In this document: positions 13,051 through 28,018 of the stretch, one piece after another
Position numbering within the stretch: the first letter of the stretch is position 1
Layout: every line of letters begins with the position of its first letter
Assembly: GCF_963853765.1 (NCBI RefSeq)
Contig: NC_088855.1
Location: 52,514,001 to 52,578,000, forward strand
Length of the DNA stretch: 64,000 nt
DNA from: Magallana gigas
Taxonomy: Eukaryota
Reading direction: 5' to 3'
Made by a program: the position numbers and the translations under genes
Notes under the pieces: generated by a model
Told to the model about the DNA's origin: nothing
The model's input: the letters and a program-made list of their open reading frames with translations, nothing else
Database searches by the model: none

Positions 13051-16000
13051 TCAACCAAACGCAACATGGGAAACGTCATGATCACCTACAATTTATCGCA
13101 CAAATGATGATACTTCATAAAGGTTGGCTAAATTTGAAATAATTGAACAGTGGATTTTTCAACAAACCTGTCAGATGAACCGTAACATGTTTTCCTGATT
13201 GGTCCACTGAGAACGGTTCCTGGTGGATAACATGGCCATCTCGTTTAACATTGAGTACGTAGTCACCAAGGAAACCAGTGGTGCTCAGGTGTGTATGCGG
13301 ACTGATTGTTTGGGAATAATCCGTTTTCCACGACTTTTCAACAAGATCAAGGTAAACCTGTCCTGCTGCATTTGGCTTTAATTAGATCATACCTTGCAAA
13401 TTTTGTAATGAAACAAGCTTAAGCAGTTCATAAAGATAGGGTTGCTCTATTTGTAATATATTTTCTAATAAGATACAAGTATTTACCGTTAGATTTGGTC
13501 CTTCAAATAGCTTGGCTGGTGCATTATGAATTGCGCCATCCCAGAAACCCCAGAGCATGATGCCCTCTACTGCCGGATGACTGAAGAAAAGAGTCATTAG
13601 ATTTTCCAGAGCGACAGCTTTTTTGTTGGCATCATTTTCCGACACAGTCAGCTCCGTTATCCAAATCTTGAGTCCGGCCTCAGCCACCTTGTCTAGCCTG
13701 TACTGCAATATTGTTTCTCAATTAACCTTTCCAAAATGGTTTTATTATCAGTTATAATAGAAAACCATACATGATTAAAGGATATTTACTTTAACTACAT
13801 CGATGTTTATATCGCTGCTATGAAAATGACCTTGAATTCCAACAAAAGAGACCGGAATACTCATATTGAGTAGTTGTAAGGCTTGGTTTCGAGTTGCCTG
13901 TAGAAAAAATCAAAGTTTAGTAATCTATTGAAGATTTGTCTTTTACATTACTGTTATTGATTTCCATCCGTTCAAGATTTTACCGTTGTACACTGCGAGT
14001 TGGTAATGACGTTGTATTCATTAATGAAGAGTTTAACTCCAGGTTCTTGACTATGAATCCACTGGAACATTTTGGCGGTTATGTCGGGGTCACCTGTGTG
14101 CCTCTCAAAATAGTCGCCATGTTGGTTTTCATTATTCACATCCCAATGCTCCAGTCTATAAAATCATCGCGATAAAAAAACACGTTGCATTTGCAAACTG
14201 CATAGTATTAAACCCACAAATGTTGTTAAGAATTTAATACTGAGGACTCATTATGATTCATGGTGGCTCAATTTTCATGGTATTCGTTGATAGACCTTCC
14301 CCACGAATTTGCATCTTCGACGAAAAAATATTTTGTAAGAGTTAGTTTTTTCAATAAACAAAATACCAACAGGTCCACGATATTACATTCCCACGAATAA
14401 GCAAAACACCCACAATCCACGAAAATTGACCCCCACCTCAAATTTAAATGATTTTACAGTTATGGACTTTAGGGAAACACAACTATTTCTATCTATGTAT
14501 CTAATTGTATATATCTATTTATCTAATTTTTATATATCTATCCTTCCTTTCTTTCTTACGTTCCTCTGGTATGGCTGATGACTTGCTGAACATGAAGTTT
14601 CATTTCTGTGATGTATTCGGCTGGAGTCATCCCCTGAAGCCATGCTGGAGAATGTCCATCTACCCCCCAGAACATGTTGTGTCCCCGAATTTTGATTCTA
14701 TTTTAAATCAAAGATTACGTTTATGTTAAGAAATGAAGAACATTAGAATTAAAAGCATATATTCTGTTTAAGTGTCGTCGGAAAGTCTATTATGTAATAC
14801 TTTGTAAGACATCTTACCCATGAGCCTGAAGAACTTTGATAGCATTGACAGGTCTGTCAAAGTTGATATGACCCTGCAATGTAAATATCGATGATTCAAA
14901 AATATTTTGTCAGCCTATACTTTTAGATGTGTCTGATTTACATTGATTTTGTGTTGCCCTGCGCAAACTGTACCAATATTAATTTGTGAAATTTTCATGT
15001 CTCTTAAAATAAACATATGTGTAGTGTTAAGTTATTCTTTTTTCTTAGGTTATAGTATCCCTGATATGTTTTGTTTAACTTTTTTTTAATTCTTATTTAT
15101 TTCTTGCATAATGTGAACAAAAATTTAAAATTGTTTAAGGGTTCTAATTCTATACATAAGTAAAACCTGCAGTTTCTATTTGGGCAGTAGGAAAAAAATT
15201 ATATCGAGTGGCAACCAGTACACAGATTGTTGCTTATCTTCATTTTTTATGTACTTTGAACAATCAGACAGTAGAAATTCAGTATTCTTCAATCATCTTT
15301 TATAACCGATACGGTGGACAGAAAGGATCCAATAACTTTTACCTTTGTCCACTCCATGAGCCGCCATTTTAGGGCGTTGACAATGACAGCCCACTCAAAG
15401 TGTTTGTAAACGAAGTCTTGATAAGCCACCTGGTGTGTGTCTGTCATCATTGAAGCTACAACTCCTGCGCCAAACCCAAAGCTGTGTTTTTGTTGCTTCA
15501 ACTGTAATTAATGTGGGTTTTTTTTTAGGATTAATCGTTTTAAGTGTCTAAATACAATGAGTATCCACTTCAAAGTTCGTTATTTATGAAACAATGTTTA
15601 TTTATTTAAAGTGAGATTTATAGATACAGTATTCGAATAAAAAAACTATTTTCCTCTTACCTCTATACTTATTCCGGTAGCGGAAGCTCCGTTTGCCAGT
15701 CTTCGAATTAACAAATCAGTTTAATGACAATTTAAAATCGAGGAAAATTGAATTTCGTTACAAATTAATTTAAGCCTCACCTGACTGTAATGGGCGCTTT
15801 CCTTAAAGAGTTTATCCGTGCATGAGCCTCCGATTTCCAGTTGCTATTGGTCGATATTTTTTGCAAACTAGAAAAATCTTGAAGATAATTGACTGTTGCG
15901 TTGTGGACCTGGACGTATAAGTATGCACTGGTCGTACCTGTCTCAGAAATAATTTAAATTTCCTACATGTTCAAACATATTCAGATGTTTTAAAAAGTCA

Positions 16001-17230
16001 ATATGAAATTTTGGAAAAGAGTAATGTAATGGATAACAACCATTTCATAACATGAATGTCTTGGTAATATTATAAAGGAGTAAAGAATCGTTAATGAGTA
16101 TGCCTGGAAATTTTCCAATCTTCGCTGTTGAATTTTTTGCATTGAGGTTACGGAAAACATTAAGTTATAGAGACTTCTTTGTTAAAGAAAACATTTATTC
16201 TTCGATATAAAAGATTGTTGGTATTTTGCACACATTTAGTATTAGTAAATCAATAATATTATTGATAATTATAGAATATTTACTTTATTTCGTGAAAGAT
16301 AAAAGCACTTAGTTGGTTAGAAAGGGTTGTCCGTCTGTTTGACTAGGTATTGTCCTGCTTTATGACAATTCGAAACTGTAATATCAATAAAACTTCATAA
16401 GAGTAAAAACGGTTTTGAACAAATGCTTAAGTATTGGAATTTACCATCAGGTGTAAGAAAATCTCCCCCGACCTCAGTCCAACCAAACTTTTCCTGTTGC
16501 ATATGTATTTGACCGACTGTTGCAAATTTCGGGTGACCTGCACAAAAATACAGTGTGGTGCTTTTTAGTATTTTCCTTTTCCTTGAAATTTAATTTCGCA
16601 AACTTAAGTGATACTGCGAAAATATCAATCTTTGTTCACTTCAAACCATTAACAGTAAGATGAGCCATCAATTCCACAGTAATGTATGAGACCCCTGGCG
16701 GCATGTTTAGTAACCGGATGTAGGCCTTAGCAGCGTACCATTGTCCACCCTCCAGAACAACGCTCTGTCTAACTCCTGACCAATCATGGTGTCTTTTTTC
16801 GATCAAGGAAATGAAAAATAACTACATTTGAATGATTGAACAAAGTTAAACCAAATTATGCAATCATTGAACCAAACTGACCTTATCCTTGTTGGAACAC
16901 AACGAGGTAATGATTACTAGTAATCATTGTTATCAATTTTTTTTTAGTGTTGTGAACATATGTTTTTTCTCTGCATTTTATCTTGCACAAGAATGCTGTT
17001 GATTAATAGGGGGAATAAAAATGAAATTATTGATATTACCTGTTGGAAATCATCACACACTGACTCCCGTGATATTTATTCTCGGTATGCACTGTCATTC
17101 TACAGTCGCTGCAATGCCAGTTGCCGCTAAAAGAGGAACTTTCAAAATCTGCATTTTTCAATAATTCTACTTCAGCTTTGCTGGGAAATAAAACTCCAAG
17201 AAACACAGAAAATGTGATGACCAGCCGCAT
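13051..17230 (-). CDS. Secreted GH10 endo-1,4-beta-xylanase-like protein, copy C (572 aa, intact)
   Basis: 13 GT-AG exons: 17230-17040, 16792-16647, 16537-16445, 15937-15781, 15700-15661, 15501-15343, 14873-14818, 14697-14560, 14155-13984, 13897-13790, 13702-13487, 13375-13168, 13085-13051 (1719 nt, open frame). Hydrophobic N-terminus MRLVITFSVFLGVLFPSKA and CBM4/9-like LLKNADFES...W. GH10 motifs NALKW, RGHNMFW, WDVNNE (acid/base), QGH, IWITELTV (nucleophile), LWGFWD. Confidence 0.92.
14240..14459. mobile_element. Small MITE-like insertion in intron 8 of GH10 copy C
   Basis: Ends ta|ctgaggactcatt ... atttaaatgattttacag|t (CTG...CAG termini) with internal ccacgaa motifs. The match is imperfect and only one side shows TA. 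Confidence 0.4.
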
Positions 17231-18206
17231 TTTCGCACGTCCTAGTCTACGATTCAACAAGATAACATTTAACAGTGCCTTATAAACCGTAGTTATGTCA
17301 TGCAAGTCCGATTCCTAGGTCAAAATCTTTGGACATGACGAAAGTAAGACATAGTGACATTTTCTACAGAAACTGTAATCATTGTTATGTAAATGATTGC
17401 TGTTGTTTTCATATCTGTTGTATAATAAAAATGCATGATGCCCCAAAAAAAATTATATGACATATAATCATTCTTTGTAAAATTGCTATGATGTGAAAAC
17501 CGAAACCTGTAGTGAACATCATATAGTTCGATTGTAACAACCGCTTTCTTTTATGCAAAAATCAATTTGTAGCTATCTTTTTTAAGAATCGACAACAACA
17601 GTTTCCATTGAGCAAATTTCATAAACTTTTGCAGATCTGGTTAATTATTTGAACATTATATTAGCTGCAAAGATTAAAAGGTGCATGAAATAGCTTAATT
17701 TATGACGACGTTATAATCATTTCACTTCGTTGAATGTAACTGCAAGTTTTCAGTAGAATCTGAAGATAATATTTCAGTTCCTTTATGCGTTGAATCAATT
17801 ATTCCAATCGTGACTCAAGCTAAAAATAGTGTCCTAGAATATAACTTTAGTTCTTAGTATTGTAGTACTATTGTGTAATAGAGTGCTGGTAGAAAGCTAA
17901 AACGTGTAGAACGTTTACAAAGCGCAATGGGGGGAGCATAAATATATGTAAACTTTTTTAAAAATAACTTAAAGAATTTTTAGTTGAAGGTGTGAACCTT
18001 TTTAGGTTAAAAATGGCAAAGCAAAGTTTCATCTCATTTCTTGCATATTGGTCAACAATCATTCATTTTCCTTTAATAGATAATATCAATATTGTTATAT
18101 GTTAAGTATATATAAATATAAATCTTTTAAAGTCTACAATTAATAATAACATGTATCGGTTACTTATGAGTTTAAGGCCCAAATCTTGGAAGACAACGAT
18201 TTTTTT

Positions 18207-20565
18207 CAAGTTCAAGTTCAAGTTCATTTATTTCACTCATAACATATAATGTTACACGAGGTGCCGAAGAATTATATACAAAAGTATAAGAAAAGCAGGA
18301 TTTACAAAAAGAAACAGAATAAAGTAAACAATGAATTTTTTATAGTTGTTACGTAGGATGACCGACCAAATCAAATATTTTTCTAATTAAACTACACATT
18401 TTCATAAGTATTACATGATTTGAAGATTACATAAGTGTTCTAGATTTTAAGATGTTTGGGTTTTTTAAGATAATAATTACTAAACATTTTTTTTCTTACA
18501 TGTGACAGTGCACTACATTCTAAAACATATTGAAATTCATCGCAAATTTGATTGGCTTCACATAAGCCGCATTTGCGGTCTTCACGTGGAATATTGTTCC
18601 ACCTACCAATTTCTATAGGGAGGTGATGGTTTGTAGTTCTATATTTAACAAACAAGTTTCTTAATTTTCGTGAAAGTATTAATAAATAGTCTTCACAACA
18701 AAAATTACATTTAAAAATACGATATATAGCACCTTTTGACGAACTGTCTAATTCACTATTCCATTTTTGGACAAATTGATCTTTACGATTTTGTTTGACA
18801 ATATTTTCTAACCGTTTTACGCTAACAGGATTTTGCTGGTGCCATACAAAGGATAAGCCACAGCTATCAAGAATGATTTTTATACAAACTAGCCACTTAT
18901 TATTGATTTCACCTCTAATGTAACAATTGTAAAGATACATATACATAGTTTTACATAACTTATTCTCCTGGCATAACATCATCTTTGCCCAAAATCCAAT
19001 CATTCTCGTATAAATTGTTATATATAATGGAAAACGACCTGTCTCCCCATAAACCATAAAACTGGGGGTACTACTTTTCAAGTTAAGTTTGTGTTTAAGA
19101 AACCTTAAATGTACACGCTCGATAACAACAATATTTTCGTAACCCCATATTTCACAAGAGTATAGTAAAACTGGTAAAACAACCTTGTCAAATAAGTCTA
19201 ATTGAATATCAAAGGACATGTCAAAATATCTTATTTTTCTAATAATGCCATACATAGCTTTCTGGGATCGAGTACACAAGTGTTTCCTGGCTTTAAAAAA
19301 AGAGCCAGATCGGGAAAATAATATTCCTAGGTAGTTATACTCTTTAACTAATTCTAATTTATCATTATTGTACATAAATGAGCACTTAGGAGCAGGTCCT
19401 TTGGAGAATATCATAACTTAAGGTTTTTTTCACATTAACTGTAAGTTTCCAGTATCTACAATATATACAAAATTCGTCAAGCGCATGTTGTAAATCTTGA
19501 GCCGATTCTGTTAGTATCACAGTGTCGTCAGCATAAAACAAAATAAAAAGTTTACTGTAAACAAGCAACTCTTCTTCTAAATCATTTGTGATACTACTTA
19601 ACCCATTGACATTTCTCTCGTTCATAAAGTGTTCTATATCGTTGATATACATGGAAAATAGAAAAGGTGATAAATTTTCTCCTTGACGTACACCAAGGTT
19701 ACAAAAGAGTGAAGTTTCATCATTCAATTTTACTTTTGACTTGATACCGTTGTACATGTTTTTTAAGAATGTAAGGCATTTGCCAGTTATACCACTTTTA
19801 TGAATTTTAAACCATAAACCCTCACGCCACACAGTGTCAAATGCTTGCTTAAAATCAATAAAAGCACAAAACAGTTTCTTTTTACCATGCATTAAAGTAT
19901 GTGACAAAAAATGCAATAATATAATGTTTTCAAAAGTAGAATATCCTTTCCTAAATCCAGACTGACAACCACTAATTAAGTTTAAATCATCAGAATACAT
20001 TTCAAGTCGACTGCTTAAAACGCTTGTAAAAAGTTTTCCAAGACAGCTTAACAAAGTGATAGGTCTGTAATTCTCCGGTTGTGTTGGGTCACCTTTATTT
20101 TTTTACACTGGTTTAACTATACCAATTAACCATTCATCAGGTACTATTCCTGTATCGTAAATAATATTAAACAACATCACATATAGAGGTAAAAATATAC
20201 ATGTAACAATAGTTGATACAATATGTTCATTCAATACTTGATCACAACCCGGAGATTTATTGTTTTTTAACTTTTTAACTGCGGAGAGGATTTCTTCCTC
20301 GGTAATAGTACTATCAAGAAACTCACAACTAGTTTCCTCACACTCAAAACATGGTTGCTCCATATTATAACTATCGTTGCGTTCAGTTTCATTCATACTA
20401 CGCAAGAAATGATACATATCATCAATATTGACAGAGCATTTACTAACTTGATCCGATTGATTTAAAATTTTCCAGAAGTCCCTACCATTTTTACTGCGAA
20501 GATTTTTTAATTTCTGTGATAAATTGGCCTTGTAATCTTTAATACATCGGTCTAGAGTTGTCCAA
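18207..20565 (-). mobile_element. 5'-truncated, disrupted non-LTR retrotransposon (RTEX/CR1-L2-like reverse transcriptase)
   Basis: Consecutive ORFs 20103-20594, 19386-20054 and 18440-19414 give ITEEEILSAVKKLKNNKSPG, YRPITLLSCLGKLF, QSGFRKG, FIDFKQAFD, GVRQGENLSP and YADD. In-frame TAA at 20103 and a frameshift near 19415. 3' tail AATAAA-like then (TGAACT)3 at 18207-18233. No endonuclease domain present. Confidence 0.9.
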
Positions 20566-23528
20566 AATAAATAAATCAAGAACGCTGTACTCACAAGTTG
20601 GCCTAATAATTGGTTCGGGGTCGTGATTGGACAAATATAGATCTACTATTTATCAAGATAATTGTATTCAGTTAAAACTTTTCTTTGAAAAAGTTTTCCA
20701 AAAGGTCTTAGAGATAGAAAAAGTTGTAATGTAATTGTTTATAAAAAAAAAAAGATCATACTTTAAACGTATATAAGCATTTTACACTAAATAATCTACA
20801 TTAAAGCTTTTTTAATCCGGCGAAAGTTGGTTCTGAAAATTTTCGCGAGATTAGCAATATCCCGTTTTGGGGACGAATTGTTTCAAATAAAATCATATTT
20901 ACTTTCATATTTACATTTACAGTATACACAACATAAACAGATAAACACTAAAGTATTTTAGTCAAATACAAATATGTATGTTGAAATTACATAAACATTT
21001 GAGCAGTTCTTCAGCACTTGTAATAATGAACAGTTTACGTCTTTACGTTAGAAAATAATCGTAAATGTTTCTTTTGAAAAGGGTTTGTCTGTTTGTTAAA
21101 GTTTGCATTTTATTAACAGAATGCAGTAAATCTTGAACGTCTTCTCTTGCAAAATATGAATTCTTAAAAAAATATTTTACAAAAACGGCACCGATTTTTA
21201 TCATTTTCATTTGTTAAACAACTGCATAACGATATGCAATGGAATTACTTTTTAAACCAAATCATTGTAATTGATCACTCTTTCTTCGCGATTAAACAAT
21301 GACGTCCATGAGAGTAGCGCATGCTTCACCGCGGAATTTAACACCTAGTTATCTACATGTAGAGCTATCTTTCTTTCTTCAGCCAAAAATCACATTAAAA
21401 TTTTTTAAAAGACTTGTTTATGCTCTTTCTACTTATGCATTTAGTTAATCTACTAAATTTCAAGGAGTGGAAATATAATTTCTAAATAATCTAACTTCTT
21501 TCAAACAAAACATTTTATTATTTTTAAAAAATTCTTCGAGAAGCATTTAACTAATTACCCTTTGTAATGGTGGATCGTTTACTATTATTCTAACGGTACT
21601 TATGACCTGTTGTTGCCCTAAGTCATGACGTCAGGCATATTTTAGGTTTGTAAGTTGCATTTTTCGAAACAGTGCAAGCAATGGGAGCTACCAATGTCAA
21701 TATTTTTCATAAATAGAAAATACGATGTATTTTTAGTGTGTTTAAATTTGTAACTAACGAAAATGCTATTTGGGATGTAATAAGCATTGGTGAGCAAGAG
21801 TTTTTAAGAAAAAAGGAGAGATAATTTAAAGCATCAGAGATCTTTCTGTTGAAAGGTAGAGCAGTACTATAATGTATACGTATCAATAGAATGGAGGGGT
21901 CCAAAAATGGGTCACTTGTTTAAAAAACTCTCCTATACTGTTGAAGAGCTACACAAGAGTTGACACTACTCTGGAACAGTGTACATGCAGCTTTATTATA
22001 ATAAAATAAATTCCGATTACTCTTGCAGTATGAGAAACCTTTGCTTGGAAATGACAGAAAGGCATCTGTTCTTCTTTTCCGCTTTCATGCTTACAATAAT
22101 TTGATACTTTCCTTAAATAATCAGGATTATTTGTTTTTATATCAAATAGTCTATTTTAATGAGACACTCTGTATATTCGGAAAAAATTCGATTTACCATT
22201 GGCTTATCAGGAAGCCCCTGCAAAAACCCCATAGTTTCATTGAATCTTAGCAACCACCCACACATCACCCATTTTTTTATACTACTTCAAACTCAAATAT
22301 CTATATCTGTTTTTAACATATATTGGTGCCTTTGGTTTCTTTCTCGTTTTTCTTTTCTTATATTTTGACAGGTCATCGAGTAACAAATCGAGAGCAAACT
22401 GGAAATTCGCTAGAAGACCAGAAAAATAGCCAGACAGGATGACAAGCAGCTCGGTGTCATCTGGACTTATGTTCAACAGTTTATCTTTGTTCAAGAGATT
22501 TTAAACCTTTTACTTGTACATGTTCCTTTTCTTGTCGTATCACATTTTTAGGGTGATGGGGACTGGAGAGTCCGCAGTGGTATGTGTTGACACTTTCTGC
22601 TCCAAAACCCGGGTGTCTTCCCCACTTGCTTTTAAAGCTAGGGCTAGTATATAAGATAAATCATTCAATATGGTTTATAAAAGGCAAAGTTATGACACAG
22701 TTAACTATGCCATGTTGTTACAATGTAAAATTGGGTTTTTTTGTATAGTGGGGCCTACATTGGGTATAGCTGGGGCCACATCAGTGAGGGGATACTACAG
22801 GCTGGTGCATGTAATAATTGGTTGATAAAGTAGCCTTTGTCATGCAAAGTTCTAAACCATGTTGCACTTCAGGAGACAGGGTGAGAAGAGCAGGTCTCAC
22901 TGCCCTCCTTAGAACGCTGGAGGTCGTTCAGGTTCGGGCACTGATGCTTCATACTCGGCCAACAATATGTCCCTACATGGGTAGGTAAACTGGCGCACTG
23001 GTCGGCTCCTAGTTACCCCCACAAAAATCATTATGCGGCCAACATCCACCAATTGTTTGTAATAGCGGAGTAATAAATATTTTTCATACTTTTAATTGTT
23101 AGGTTCTATTTTATAATTCCTGAATTTTGCCAGGCTCTATCTTTCAAGCAAATATAACGTATAGTGCTGGATTAGCTTGGTGAATTCAATAATAAATGAA
23201 ATAAATTGAATGGAAATAATATATATGCCATAAAATTAGAGGAAAAAATACTTCAACTTTTGAATCTGCGTGTTCCGTTTATGAATTTATGAACAGCAGT
23301 TTAAATCATAATTTATTTCTTAAAAAAAAAAGATTGAAACATACCCTCCATGAAATATTCCTTAGTCAGACAAGCTTTCTGGAAAGCTATCATTCGTAAT
23401 GGTGAATCGTTTACCTTTATTTTTATCTGTACTTGCGGTCAATATTTTAACGCAATGAAATAAATTGGCGTATACTTTATCTACTGTCTTATGCAATCCA
23501 AACAAATATCAATACATATTCCTACATA

Positions 23529-26500
23529 TCAGCCGAACACAATATGAGATACGTGATGGTGGTCACCTTGAAATAAACAAAAAAAATAGTCAATTGTTTA
23601 GATATAACCAAAAACGGTATTGTTTGAAATCAAATTATATATTTTACTTTGATGCTAACCTGTTAGATGCACTGTGAGGTCTTTCCCTGTGGAGTCTACT
23701 GTAAAATTTTCCTGGTGAATGACGTGTCCATTTTGACGGACGTGCATGACGTAATCTCCTTTGAACATTGTTACATTTACCGGGTGGTCTTGGTCTAACC
23801 TACGCTTGATGTGAGAACGCCATGATCCGTGGACCAGATCTAAATATTTTTGACCAGCTGCATTTGGCTACAAAGATAAACATAAGATATACAAAGTTTT
23901 CAACTACACAATTTCGAATTTTCGACTGCATAAGAGCTACCGTAATTCCCGGGCCGTTAAACAAAGCCTCGTTTTGATGCCAGTTGGATCCGTCCCAGAA
24001 GTGCCATAGAATGACCCCTTCTACCGCGGGGTGACTGAAGAACATGGTAAGCAGGTTTTCCAGAGCCGCCGCCTTCTTGTGTTCATCTGCCGCGTCCACC
24101 GTCAGTTCTGTGGCCCAGATCTTCAAGCCCGCCTCCGCCACCTTGTCTAGCCTGTACTGTGACGACACAAAAGTGCATAATCAGAGTAAAATGGCTCTAA
24201 ATATAAAATGTCAGAACAGGAGCCAATTTTTTTAAATGAAACTTGGACTGGTTAAAATAGTAAAAATAAAGTCATAAATGAACCCCTAAGATTAACATCA
24301 TTTTTTAAATTGTATTTTGATGTTTTATTTGCACATATATACATTTGAAACTTTTTTACTTTTAATTTTGATCCAAATGCCATAAATTCCGAAATGTTAC
24401 ATCAAAATGTCAACCTTTTCCTGCATTTTTGGAATGTGCATAAAACTGCTTATCTTACATATATGCAAGTTATTTTTTATTTCAATTTCAGGCTTGAACA
24501 AACAAAATATTTTTTTGAAGATTTATTCATCTAAGACTTATAATTAAAAGACAAAACTTGTTTATTTAAAGCTGTGCGCTTTATTTCTCATTCGTGAAAT
24601 AAAATAAAAATGCACATTTTTGGCTGATTTTGATTTTATTCTAAAACCTGATGACATAAACTGTCAGTAGGTGAAATTAAATAAGATGGATAGATGAAAA
24701 GGATATCTTATACCAACTCTTCTTCAAAATACTAAACAATTTGAATCTGAAATATTTTAAAAATGGTGAATCATTGCGGCTAATTTTGACTCTTATCCTT
24801 ATAGTCCTTTAGTGGAAGAAATAATCAATCAAAAGGTAATTTTTATCAGAGTCTTTGATGTTCCAGCATTATTCTTTTATATGTAAAATTAAGTTTAAGA
24901 GTTATTCAATGCACGGTTAACAGATTATCAAAATCGATGTACGCATTTTGTCGTGGGTTAACTGATGTCGTTTTGTATTTACAACTGGACAGAGTGGTTA
25001 CCTTTAAAACATCGATGTCAATATCTGTGGTGTAGAAATGGCTTTGTAGACCAATGTTCCCTATCGGCACCTGGCTTTTTATGAAATTCTGTGCCTGATT
25101 TTTTATCGCCTGAAAAAAATAAAAGATTTTAATATGGATTTGCCTGCAGTATCTTCGCCAGTTTACTTTAGACAAGCATGAAGTGTTTGTTCTGACCGTG
25201 GTCATGGTGGACACCGGAAGGACTGAGTAGTCATTGAGGAAGAGCTTAATGCTGGGATCAATGGAGTGAATCCACTGGAACATCTTGTGGGTAATGTCCG
25301 GGTCCGTCGTATGACGCTCAAAGAAATCCCCGTGTAGATTCTCGTTGTTCACGTCCCAGTGGAGGAGTCTGTAAAATCAGAAAGAGACATTCTTTTGAAT
25401 CTCAAAACAAAAGTGTAGGGCATTGCTTTTTCTGACTGTTAGATTTGTAAGTACTTCCTGGTGAAGGTTTGGGGTCCGCTCTGACATTACTGGCATTACA
25501 TGTACCCGTCGTGATTGATAGCATTTTTGCAATTCATGATACATGGAATTACCTACTTCATTATAGAATTACACGACAGCTTACTCACTTGCCCTGTGTA
25601 TGAGACATGATATCTCGGACATGTGCCTGCATTTCGTGGACGATGTTTGATGAAGACATCGCTGGTATCCAAGAGGGCACAAACTTGTCCTTACCCCAAA
25701 ACATATTGTGTCCCCGCATGTTTATTCTGTTGAAAATGGTATGGATATTTTTTCTGTATATACATCTTTACAGCAATACATTTGAAGCAAAACAAGTGAA
25801 ATGAAGCATACCCATGTGATTCAAGAAGTTGAATAGCGTTCAAAGCTAGTGTGTAATTGGTGTGTCCCTAAAGGTAACCATAAGAATACTTTTTAGGAGA
25901 TAACTCGGTAGATGGATAAAGAATGTTTGTGAAAAACGATTTCTACGTTCTTTTACGCAAATCTGACAGCAAGTATTTTGCTTACCCTTATATGTTCCAC
26001 TCCTTTCCATTTTAGTTTATTTGCAATAACGGCCCATTCAAAATTCTTGAGGACAAAATCAGTGTATGCTTGATAAGAAGGGTTTCCCAAGTGGTCTGCA
26101 TGCACGGCTGTTCCAAACGGAAACGAACTTTTTTGTTGCATAAACTGTTTGCAAAAAAAATTATAAACACTTTTTTACAGATAGATCAAGTGCAAAATCA
26201 GTATCAAATTGAATACATGTTTACTGGGATTTTTTTTTCCTTTGATGAACATTAATTTGTCGTCATTCGAATCAATGATGAAATCCACAAAAACTAGTGT
26301 TAAACGAAGATTGATGAAACAGTAAATCAGCGATGGTAAATACAAGTTAAATTCTATATTTAATTTTCAGATGCTTCTGTCATATTGTTTATATGCACTG
26401 AATAATTCCAACTTTTTCTATAAACAATCACTGGGTTTAATTATTCATCTCATTACAAAAATAACTACCTGTTTATTAAACTCTATAATGCAAACTTCAG

Positions 26501-28018
26501 GATTTTGAAGTTTTATTTATCTAACTTTTCATTTTAACTTTTTTATATTTACCTCAACATACACCCCATGCGCGGATTGGCCAGGCGCCAATCTACAATA
26601 CATCATAATGATGACGTGATACTACAGTTTATATCAATTGTCAATTTTCTGCAACAGCGAATATATAACACTTTGAAGATCAGTTTACGAAAATATCAAC
26701 GCCCCCTTTTTATACATTAATTTGATTTTTTTTAACCGACTTGACAGTGACGGGTGCTTTCCGGAGAGTTTGTATGCGGTGGTGTGCTTTAGAGGACCAG
26801 TGAGGGTCATGTGGTAAAATTTGGAGGCTCGCCGAGTCCATGAGGAAATCAATGTCTACATCCACAATCTCAAGAAAAACTGTTGCCGAAGTTGTTCCTA
26901 CAACAATTATAGTCTATGACCTACCTTTTTAATGATAGTACAGTTTGTAGAATTAATGATAATCAACTTGTAATTGCCATTTCATTCTTAAACTTTGCTT
27001 CACTCATTTAGCAAATAAACAATCACTTTTTCAATCTCTTTCCCGCAACGATGTGAAATATACATAGAATGACCAAGAATAGATTGACTCCTTTCGATTT
27101 ATTTTTTTTCTCTCATTAATATTTTAACCATATAAACGTTATTATATAAAAAATTAATCGTACAGTATTATCATACACATATAATTCTACAAGGACGATA
27201 ATTGTTAAAATAAAGTTCATTAAGTTCGTTATTTACCATTCGGAGCATGAAAATCGCCACTTATTTCTGTCCAACCAAATTTCAACTGCTGCATAGGCTG
27301 TTCGGCAACTTTCTGATAGACCGTTTTACCTGAAATTGCAAAAGTAATATTTTCACGTTAACCCTTCGTTAAAATGTAGAAATAAGATATGATATATTCA
27401 CATAAGAGTATCATTCATTGCTTATTTACCGTTTGTTTGTAAGTTGACTCGAAGAAAAACAGTAGTATACATTGTTCCGGGGTGAATGTTAAGGAGTTTG
27501 AAATATGCTTTTACGATGTAGTTCTGTCCTGGCGAAATAGAAACCTTTTGGTGGGGACTCGAAATACTGTGTGATCTAAATTTGAATGATATAATGAGTC
27601 AAGCCGGCTAATTAAAAAAAAAACATTGTGTATGCATATAAGATACAAATCTTGTTATCCGATATGTTGATTCTCGATTAAATTATAACAAAAAGGCAAG
27701 CCAGGTTTAATTTAAACTTTTTAAAAAATCCGAGCGCTAGTTTTTGTGATGATCAGATTTTGTATCGTGAATACATTTCATTTGGTGATTAAAAATAAGT
27801 TGAATAGTTTTGAGTGCACTTTACCTGTGAGTGACTTTGACTGAGCGAGTCCCCTGGTAAACATCGGCGGTGTAGCTAGTAATGCTGCAGTCCTTGCAAA
27901 ACCAGTTTCCATGGAAAGAAGAACTTTCAAAATCACCGTTTTGTAGCAATTCATTCTGAGCACTGGTTACACTAATCAGAAGTATGCTCACTATAACTGA
28001 CGGTACAGGTAGCTTCAT
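23529..28018 (-). CDS. Secreted GH10 xylanase-like protein, copy B (574 aa, intact)
   Basis: 13 exons: 28018-27825, 27575-27430, 27329-27237, 26897-26741, 26592-26553, 26144-25986, 25867-25812, 25726-25589, 25368-25197, 25109-25002, 24156-23941, 23867-23660, 23566-23529 (1725 nt, open). Exons 2-12 have the same lengths as in copy C. Motifs NKLKW, RGHNMFW, WDVNNE, QSH, IWATELTV, LWHFWD. Confidence 0.92.
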
